The position numbers and the translations under genes were made by a program. The notes beneath the pieces were generated by a model, which was not told where the DNA came from, made no database searches, and saw only the letters and a list, made by a program, of their open reading frames with translations. A DNA stretch of 64,000 nucleotides, taken from an uncultured Acidobacteriaceae bacterium. Its GTDB lineage: Bacteria; Acidobacteriota; Terriglobia; Terriglobales; Acidobacteriaceae. The stretch lies in NCBI GenBank assembly GCA_963846245.1, contig CAWJVI010000014.1:100431-164430 (forward strand), read 5' to 3'. This document shows, one piece after another, positions 57,536 to 64,000 of the stretch (position 1 is the stretch's first letter; every line of letters starts with the position of its first letter).

Positions 57536-58033
57536 ATGCCGACGGCCCCTGCCATTACCGATTTGGAAGAACTGAAAAGCCATCCGGCCGTGGCGCGGCT
57601 GCTGGCGTGGAATCCCTCCGCGGTGCAGGGGGCGAAATTTGACCGCGAGGAAATGACGATTCACCTCGATCGAGCCGCCATCCGCGAGGCCTGCGCGATT
57701 TTGCGGGACGATGCGGAGTGCGCATTCAACTTCCTTTCCGACGTAACCTGCGTTGATTGGTACCCTTCAGAGCCCCGGTTCGAAGTGGTGTATCACCTGC
57801 TTTCGATTTCGAAGAAGGAGCGGGTGCGGCTGAAAGTGCGCTTGAACAGCGACAGTCCGGCGGTGGAGTCGCTGACTTCGGTCTGGCCCGGGGCTAATTA
57901 TTTCGAACGCGAAGTTTTTGATTTATTCGGCATCCGCTTCACGGGACATCCTTATCTCCGGCGCATTCTGATGCCGGAAGATTGGGAAGGCTATCCGCTG
58001 CGCAAGGACTATCCGGTGGAGGGCTATAGCTAA
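57536..58033 (+). CDS. nuoC: NADH-quinone oxidoreductase subunit C (cluster 2)
   Basis: 165 aa, containing NYFEREVFDLFGIRFTGHPYLRRILMPEDWEGYPLRKDY. Its ATG immediately follows the nuoA TAG. Confidence 0.92.
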   Translation: MPTAPAITDLEELKSHPAVARLLAWNPSAVQGAKFDREEMTIHLDRAAIREACAILRDDAECAFNFLSDVTCVDWYPSEPRFEVVYHLLSISKKERVRLKVRLNSDSPAVESLTSVWPGANYFEREVFDLFGIRFTGHPYLRRILMPEDWEGYPLRKDYPVEGYS

Positions 58034-58037
58034 AGAT

Positions 58038-59243
58038 ATGGCCCATCTGACACCCACACCCGTACTCGAACCCGGCCAGGATCGCACCATGATCCTGAAC
58101 ATGGGGCCGCAACATCCGTCGACGCACGGAGTGTTACGGGTTCTGCTCGAGATTGACGGCGAGACTGTCGTGCGCATGATGCCTGACATCGGCTTTCTAC
58201 ACACCGGAATTGAAAAGACTTGCGAGGCGAAGTTTTACCAGCAGGTGGTGCCGCTGACCGATCGCATCGATTATCTCTGCCCCCTGACCAACAATCTCTG
58301 CTATGTGCTGGCGGTGGAGAAGTTGCTGGGGCTGGAGATTCCGCCGAAGGCGCAATGGCTGCGGGTTCTGTTGAACGAGTTGACGCGCATCAACTCGCAC
58401 CTGGTGTGGCTGGGCACGCATGCGCTGGATCTTGGCGCGATGACGGTTTTTCTTTATTGCTTCCGCGAGCGCGAGGAAATTTTGCGCATGTTCGAGATGG
58501 TGAGCGGGCAGCGCATGATGACTTCCTATTTCCGCGTGGGGGGAATTGCGCTGGAGCCACCGCTGGGATTTTTCGATCGCGTGCGAGATTTTGCCAGTTA
58601 CTTTCAGTCGAAGGTGGATGAGTACGAAAACCTGCTGACGGGGAATCCGATCTGGATGATGCGCACCAAAGGCGTGGCGGTGATGAGCGCGGAAGACGCG
58701 ATCGCGCTGGGCGCCACGGGCCCGACTTTACGGGGCAGCGGGGTGGACTTTGACCTGCGGCGCGACATGCCTTATTCGGGCTACGACAATTTCAAATTCA
58801 AAGTTCCGGTCTCGCAGGATGGTGATGTGTTCGCGCGTTACATGTGCCGAGTCCAGGAATTGCGCGAGTCGATCGAGATCGTGAAGCAGGCGCTAGCCGG
58901 CATGCCGGAAGGACCGATCAAGGCTGATGCGCCGAAAGTGGTGCTGCCTGACCGCGAGAAGATGAAGACGGAGATGGAAGCGCTCATTTATCACTTTAAG
59001 ATAATCACTGAGGGATTCGCGGTGCCGGTGGGCGAGGTGTACCAAGCAGTGGAATCTCCGCGCGGCGAGATGGGCTATTACATTGTGAGTGACGGCACGG
59101 CTAAACCCTATCGCGTGCACGTGAGATCGGCGTGCTTCGCGAATCTGCAGACGTTGCCGACGATGTGCGAGGGAAGATTGCTGGCGGATGTAGTGGCGGC
59201 GATCGGGAGCATCGACATTGTGCTGGGAGAGATCGACCGGTGA
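58038..59243 (+). CDS. nuoD: NADH-quinone oxidoreductase subunit D (cluster 2)
   Basis: 401 aa with NMGPQHPSTHGVLR, MEALIYHFK and a C-terminus ending in IVLGEIDR. Confidence 0.94.
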   Translation: MAHLTPTPVLEPGQDRTMILNMGPQHPSTHGVLRVLLEIDGETVVRMMPDIGFLHTGIEKTCEAKFYQQVVPLTDRIDYLCPLTNNLCYVLAVEKLLGLEIPPKAQWLRVLLNELTRINSHLVWLGTHALDLGAMTVFLYCFREREEILRMFEMVSGQRMMTSYFRVGGIALEPPLGFFDRVRDFASYFQSKVDEYENLLTGNPIWMMRTKGVAVMSAEDAIALGATGPTLRGSGVDFDLRRDMPYSGYDNFKFKVPVSQDGDVFARYMCRVQELRESIEIVKQALAGMPEGPIKADAPKVVLPDREKMKTEMEALIYHFKIITEGFAVPVGEVYQAVESPRGEMGYYIVSDGTAKPYRVHVRSACFANLQTLPTMCEGRLLADVVAAIGSIDIVLGEIDR

Positions 59244-59719
59244 AATTCTCCGAAGAATTCGAGACGCGGTTTAAGACGATGCTCGGGAATTATCCGACCG
59301 AGCGTTCGGCGCTGGTGCCGACGCTACTCTATATTCAAGACGAAATCGGCTACTTGAGCGACGAGGCGATCCGGGAGATTGCCGGGCGTCTCGCGCTGAC
59401 TGAACTCGAAGTGCGCAACGTGATCAGCTACTACTCGATGCTGACCACCAAGCCCCGCGGCAAGTTCAACGTGCAGGTGTGCACCAATATCAGTTGTATG
59501 GTGCGCGGGGGCGAAGAGATTCTGGAACACTGTGCCAAGAAGCTCGGCGTAGGCAACAAAGGAACCACCCAGGATGGATTGTTTACGCTCGAAGAAGTGG
59601 AGTGCATCGGGGCGTGCAGCTGGGCTCCAGCGGCGCAGGTGAACTACGATTTTCACGAGAACCTGACACCGGACAAGATCGATAAGGTTCTCGACGAGTA
59701 CAGGAAATTGAATCATTGA
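59240..59719 (+). CDS. nuoE: NADH-quinone oxidoreductase subunit E
   Basis: The GTG start overlaps the nuoD stop (GTGA). The 2Fe-2S Cys pattern is CTNISC ... ECIGAC. Confidence 0.9.
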   Translation: MKFSEEFETRFKTMLGNYPTERSALVPTLLYIQDEIGYLSDEAIREIAGRLALTELEVRNVISYYSMLTTKPRGKFNVQVCTNISCMVRGGEEILEHCAKKLGVGNKGTTQDGLFTLEEVECIGACSWAPAAQVNYDFHENLTPDKIDKVLDEYRKLNH

Positions 59720-59783
59720 GTGATTGAATCATTGAATCATTTGTTTTCCGCTTTCTGTGACTCAATGATTCAATCACTCAATG
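59714..59783. repeat. Perfect 22-bp inverted repeat (heptad-periodic attga motif) between nuoE and nuoF
   Basis: cattgagtgattgaatcattga (59714-59735) pairs with tcaatgattcaatcactcaatg (59762-59783). The loop is 26 nt. The left arm contains the nuoE stop codon. Confidence 0.9.
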
Positions 59784-59793
59784 GGTAAATGGA

Positions 59794-61161
59794 ATGGCCG
59801 AGTTGGTTTCTCATCCCGATGAAGTAAGGATCGTCTCCCGGCGCTTTGGACAGGGCGCGGTGGAGATTGATCGTTATCTCGAACTCGACGGCTATAAGGC
59901 CGTGCAGAAGGCGCTCGCGATGGGGCCGGACGCGATTATCAATGAGATCAAGAACTCTGCGCTACGCGGCCGAGGGGGCGCGGGATTTTCTACGGGAATG
60001 AAGTGGTCGTTCGTTCCCAAGACCTCGGCGAAACCGAAGTACGTGTTGTGCAACGGCGACGAGAGTGAGCCGGGAACGTGCAAAGACCGCCTGATCTTCG
60101 AGCAGGATCCGCACTCGGTGATTGAGGGCGTGGTGATCGCGGGCTTGGCGGTGGGCGCGGAAAGCAGTTACATCTATATCCGCGGAGAATACCGGTATTT
60201 GTCGATCATCATGCAGAAGGCGCTGCGCGATGCTTATGCCCGCGGATTCTTAGGGGCGAACATTTTTGGCAGCGGGCGGAAGTTCGATGTGTATTGGCAC
60301 GGCGGCGCAGGAGCTTATGAGGTCGGCGAAGAATCGGCGCTTATGGAGTCGCTCGAAGGCAAGCGCGGCATTCCGCGCATCCGGCCGCCGTTTCCCGCGG
60401 TGGTCGGGCTCTGGGGCGGACCTACGGTGATCAACAACGCCGAAACGCTGGCGAATGTTCCGCACATAATTCTGGGTGGAGCGGATTGGTTCGCCAAACT
60501 CGGACCGGCGAAGAACGGGGGCACGCGCCTGTTTTGCCTGAGCGGGAACATCGCCAAGCCCGGTGTTTACGAGCTGCCCATGGGCTATAACTTAAAGCGA
60601 ATGATCTACGAAGTGGGCGGCGGCATTCCTGGGGGGCGGGCGCTGAAGGCGGTGGTGCCCGGCGGCGCGTCTTGTCCTTGTCTCACCGCCGATGAACTCG
60701 ACGTCAGCATGGATTTCGATTCCGTGGCGAAGGCGGGTTCCATGCTCGGTTCTGGCGGAGTGGTGGTGATCGATGACGCGCAATGTATCGTGAAGTTTGC
60801 TTTGCGCACGATGAAGTTTTATCGGCATGAAAGTTGCGGATGGTGCATCCCCTGCCGCGAAGGCACGGACTGGCTGGAAAAGACGCTGATCCGCTTTCAC
60901 TCCGGCGGCGGGATGAAAAAAGACATCGACAACATGCAGTACCTGGCGGAAAACATGCTGGGGCGGACGTTTTGTCCGCTGGGCGATGCGGCGGCGATGC
61001 CGACCATTGCGTTTGTGAAGAAGTTCCGCAAAGAATTTGAAGATCATTTGGATGGCAGGCCATGCCGTTACGAGAAAGAAGGAGCGACAGAATCAATATT
61101 CGTATTGAAGAAGCTGTCATTCAAACCTTCCCGTGTTGGGAGTCGCTTGTTGCCGCGATGA
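59794..61161 (+). CDS. nuoF: NADH-quinone oxidoreductase subunit F
   Basis: 455 aa with GRGGAGFSTGMKW (FMN/NADH site) and the 4Fe-4S motif ESCGWCIPCREG. Confidence 0.94.
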   Translation: MAELVSHPDEVRIVSRRFGQGAVEIDRYLELDGYKAVQKALAMGPDAIINEIKNSALRGRGGAGFSTGMKWSFVPKTSAKPKYVLCNGDESEPGTCKDRLIFEQDPHSVIEGVVIAGLAVGAESSYIYIRGEYRYLSIIMQKALRDAYARGFLGANIFGSGRKFDVYWHGGAGAYEVGEESALMESLEGKRGIPRIRPPFPAVVGLWGGPTVINNAETLANVPHIILGGADWFAKLGPAKNGGTRLFCLSGNIAKPGVYELPMGYNLKRMIYEVGGGIPGGRALKAVVPGGASCPCLTADELDVSMDFDSVAKAGSMLGSGGVVVIDDAQCIVKFALRTMKFYRHESCGWCIPCREGTDWLEKTLIRFHSGGGMKKDIDNMQYLAENMLGRTFCPLGDAAAMPTIAFVKKFRKEFEDHLDGRPCRYEKEGATESIFVLKKLSFKPSRVGSRLLPR

Positions 61162-61188
61162 AGAACTCGAACTTGAATTTCGTCAAAT

Positions 61189-63582
61189 ATGCCTGACGTA
61201 ACGCTCACAATCGACGGCAAGAAGCTCACGGCTCCCGCGGGGACGCTGCTTATTGAGGCCTGCAAGAGCGCGGGCATCGAGGTGCCTTCCTTTTGCTACT
61301 ACCCGAACCTGTCGCTGCAGGGCGCGTGCCGGATGTGCCTGGTAAAGGTAGAGAAAATGCCCAAGCTGCAAACCGCCTGCACCACGGTGGTGGGCGAAGG
61401 CATGATCGTCACCACCGACAACCCTGAGGTGCATCAGGCGCGCAAGAGCATGGTCGAGATGCTGCTAGGGAATCATCCCCTGGATTGTCCCGTGTGTGAC
61501 GCCGGCGGCGAGTGCGAATTGCAGGATATGACTTTTTCTTACGGCGCCGCGGAATCGAAGTTCATGGAAGCGAAGAATCATAAGGAGGAGCAGCAGTGGT
61601 CTCCGATTGTGTTTTTCGACCGGCCGCGTTGCATCCTCTGTTACCGCTGCGTGCGCGTGTGCGGCGAGGCCATGGACGTTTGGGCGCTGGGTGTGCAGAA
61701 CCGCGGCGTGAGTTCGATCATCGCGCCTAATAAAGAAGATCATCTGGAGTGCGAAGAGTGCGGGATGTGCATCGACATTTGCCCGGTGGGCGCGCTCACT
61801 TCGGGCGCATATCGCTACAAGACGCGACCCTGGGAAATGAAGCACGTGGGAACGGTGTGCACGCATTGTGGCGACGGCTGCAAGACGACTCTGGGAGTAC
61901 GGCGCGGCGATACGGGAATGGAAATTGTTCGCGGTGATAACCGCGACAAGAGCGGCACTAACGGCGACTTTCTCTGCATCAAGGGCCGCTACGCGTTCGA
62001 TTTCGCAAATCATGAAGAACGGTTGAAGCAGCCGTTAATCCGGAAGAATGGCAAGCTGCTTCCCGCGACGTGGGAAGAGGCTTTCGCGCTCATCGGCAAA
62101 AAGTTCGCCGAGGTTCGCGACAAGGACGGCGGACGGGCGATCGGCGTGATCGGTTCGACACGCACGACGAACGAAGAGGCTTACCTGCTGTCCAAATTTG
62201 CTCGTGTTGTTTTGAAGACTAATAATGTCGACCACCACCGGACTGCAGACTTCCCTGCTTTCGCGACGGCGGTGCGGGGTAAGGCCAATGCGACGGCCAC
62301 GATGGCCGACGTCTTCACCGCGCCGGCGATTCTGCTGATTGGCAACGACCCTACTGAACAGCATCCGCTTCTTGCTTACCAGATTCGCAACAACGTTCGC
62401 CTACATCAGGCGCGGCTATATGTCGTCAACTCGAAGCCCATCAAGTTGCGGCGGCAGGCGACGGAATTCGCGCAGATTGCGGCCGGAACTGAAGACAACT
62501 TTGCTGCGTTCCTCGCTGGCGAAGACTCTGGCGTGGATGCTTTGGCAAGTTTTGCCTCGACTAAGGGCGAGTCGTTCGACTTCCTCGCGCTTCGAGCCAA
62601 ACTCCGGCAGGAAGAAAATCTTCTCGTCATACTAGATTCCAATGTCCGCGGTAATGACATTAGCAACCTGGTGAATGCCCTTCCCGCGGCCAAGTTCATC
62701 TGCCTCGCCGACTACTCGAACTCGCGCGGCGCAGCTGACATGGGTCTTTATCCCGAACTGCTTCCCGGGTATCACGTGGCGGCTGGGAGCAACCCCTTCC
62801 AGAAAGAATGGGCCAGCGTTCCTCAGGCCGAGGGCCTGGATCTGGCTGGCATGGTTGATGCCGCGAAAATCGGTAAGCTTAAAGCTTTATATGTTGTGGG
62901 GTCGAATCCCGTAGGCCGGCTCAACATTGATCCTTTCGCGTTCTCGAAAAGCTTTCTCGTTGTGCAGGACATGTTCCTGACCGAGACCGCGGTGATCGCC
63001 GACGTGGTGCTGCCGACTGCAAATGCTTATGAAAAATCGGGCACTGTCACTAATACCTGCGGTGATGTGCAACTGGTAAAGAAGGCCGGCGAGGTCACGG
63101 GAACAAAATCTGACTTCGAGATGATCGTCCAGATCGCTGATGCGATCGGCTTCGACGTCCGCACCTTGGTGCCGTTCGGCGGTGGAACTCGCGCCGACAT
63201 GGGTCAGTCGCGCGGAGCGCAGTCCGGTGAAGCGGACCGGCACGCAGTGTGGCTTGAAATGCACGGCCTCGAGCCCAAGCTGAGCCCGCTCGATCCAATG
63301 GCTATTCTGGACGAAATTCAGCGTCTGGTTCCGGGCTATGACGTGTCGCGCGCGAATCTACTGGCCGGAAATAGCCAGCATACTTCGCTAGCCGATTCGG
63401 GTGGAGGCACTCCGCAACAGAAGGTCGACTCAACGGCGAGTGTCTCTGCGGTGAACGATTCGACGATCGATCCCGCCAACGACACGCTGTTTACGTCGGG
63501 GACGCTGGGTCGCTACTCGCGAGCTTTGCAGTCGGTGCTGGAGAGTCATGAGGTCAAGCCGTCGGAAGTAGCTGCCGATTGA
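61189..63582 (+). CDS. nuoG: NADH-quinone oxidoreductase subunit G
   Basis: 797 aa with an N-terminal 2Fe-2S region (CYYPNLSLQGACRMCLV), HPLDCPVCDAGGECELQ, 4Fe-4S motifs, and a molybdopterin-oxidoreductase-like domain. Confidence 0.94.
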   Translation: MPDVTLTIDGKKLTAPAGTLLIEACKSAGIEVPSFCYYPNLSLQGACRMCLVKVEKMPKLQTACTTVVGEGMIVTTDNPEVHQARKSMVEMLLGNHPLDCPVCDAGGECELQDMTFSYGAAESKFMEAKNHKEEQQWSPIVFFDRPRCILCYRCVRVCGEAMDVWALGVQNRGVSSIIAPNKEDHLECEECGMCIDICPVGALTSGAYRYKTRPWEMKHVGTVCTHCGDGCKTTLGVRRGDTGMEIVRGDNRDKSGTNGDFLCIKGRYAFDFANHEERLKQPLIRKNGKLLPATWEEAFALIGKKFAEVRDKDGGRAIGVIGSTRTTNEEAYLLSKFARVVLKTNNVDHHRTADFPAFATAVRGKANATATMADVFTAPAILLIGNDPTEQHPLLAYQIRNNVRLHQARLYVVNSKPIKLRRQATEFAQIAAGTEDNFAAFLAGEDSGVDALASFASTKGESFDFLALRAKLRQEENLLVILDSNVRGNDISNLVNALPAAKFICLADYSNSRGAADMGLYPELLPGYHVAAGSNPFQKEWASVPQAEGLDLAGMVDAAKIGKLKALYVVGSNPVGRLNIDPFAFSKSFLVVQDMFLTETAVIADVVLPTANAYEKSGTVTNTCGDVQLVKKAGEVTGTKSDFEMIVQIADAIGFDVRTLVPFGGGTRADMGQSRGAQSGEADRHAVWLEMHGLEPKLSPLDPMAILDEIQRLVPGYDVSRANLLAGNSQHTSLADSGGGTPQQKVDSTASVSAVNDSTIDPANDTLFTSGTLGRYSRALQSVLESHEVKPSEVAAD

Positions 63583-63635
63583 CGCGGTAATCTGGGCGCG
63601 GAAGATTCACAGAATCTTGGAGAGGAAGCAAGAGT

Positions 63636-64000
63636 TTGCCGATTTGGATTTTCATTGTCGTCTCGGTGTTCAAGTCATTGGTCCTGCTGATCATCCTGCT
63701 CACTGCCGTCGCGTATACGGTGTGGCTGGAGCGCAAGGTCGTAGGCCATATGCAAAATCGCTGGGGACCCACGCGGGTCGGCCCGTTTGGACTGCTGCAG
63801 CCGGCAGCTGATGGACTCAAGTTTCTATTCAAAGAAGATCTCACGCCGCCCCATGTCTACAAGCCGCTGTTCCTGGCGGCTCCACTGATCGCGGTGATTC
63901 TCGCGCTCACTTCGATCGCAGTAATTCCGTTCGGAAACTGGGTGTGGGTTGGAAACCAGGTTATTCCGTTTCAGATCACCGACGTGAACATCGGGGTGCT
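63636..64000 (+). CDS. nuoH: NADH-quinone oxidoreductase subunit H (cluster 2), 3'-truncated by the window
   Basis: This frame is not in the ORF track because it runs off the window. My translation from the TTG at 63636 gives MPIWIFIVVSVFKSLVLLIILLTAVAYTVWLERKVVGHMQNRWGPTRVGPFGLLQP, which is canonical NuoH. GGAGAGGA lies upstream. Confidence 0.85.
   Translation, partial: MPIWIFIVVSVFKSLVLLIILLTAVAYTVWLERKVVGHMQNRWGPTRVGPFGLLQPAADGLKFLFKEDLTPPHVYKPLFLAAPLIAVILALTSIAVIPFGNWVWVGNQVIPFQITDVNIGV

Noticed and set aside
63617-63811. ORF 63617..63811 (+, 64 aa) listed in the track after nuoG.
   Set aside because: A different frame starting at the TTG at 63636 gives a canonical NuoH N-terminus that runs off the window. 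The listed ORF is an off-frame overlap.

Overview
GC-rich chromosomal segment (composition judged by eye, not computed). The gene content and repeat types suggest an Acidobacteriota-like genome; this is inference only. The window is mostly core energy metabolism and housekeeping. In order, it holds: (1) a partial F0 ATP-synthase operon (AtpZ-like, atpI, atpB, atpE); (2) a GNAT gene bracketed by two ~180-bp palindromic repeats; (3) a minus-strand complex I cluster nuoA-[PH-like ORF]-C-D-H-J-K-L-M-N that lacks every Fe-S subunit gene (B, E, F, G, I); (4) lysS; (5) an Rrf2/sulfite-oxidase-family/cytochrome c operon; (6) signalling genes (PP2C phosphatase, three receiver-domain proteins, PilZ proteins); (7) a cation/proton antiporter; (8) MocR, LytTR, DeoR and MerR regulators; (9) a frameshifted phoD; (10) a trehalose cluster treZ(frameshifted)-GH57-treY; (11) a large CarboxypepD_reg/TonB-dependent receptor; (12) ribBA; (13) a ThiS-like gene; (14) the start of a second, plus-strand complex I cluster nuoA-C-D-E-F-G-H that also lacks nuoB. 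I saw no rRNA, tRNA, CRISPR array, transposase, integrase, phage gene or recognisable defence gene. I did not find a clear novel multi-gene system. The most unusual signals are: the Fe-S-less nuo cluster and the absence of nuoB from both clusters; a family of heptanucleotide-periodic hairpin repeats in operon-internal spacers; MITE/REP-like palindromic elements; and five single-base frameshifts confined to phoD and treZ. All family assignments come from motif recognition in the supplied translations, not from database searches.
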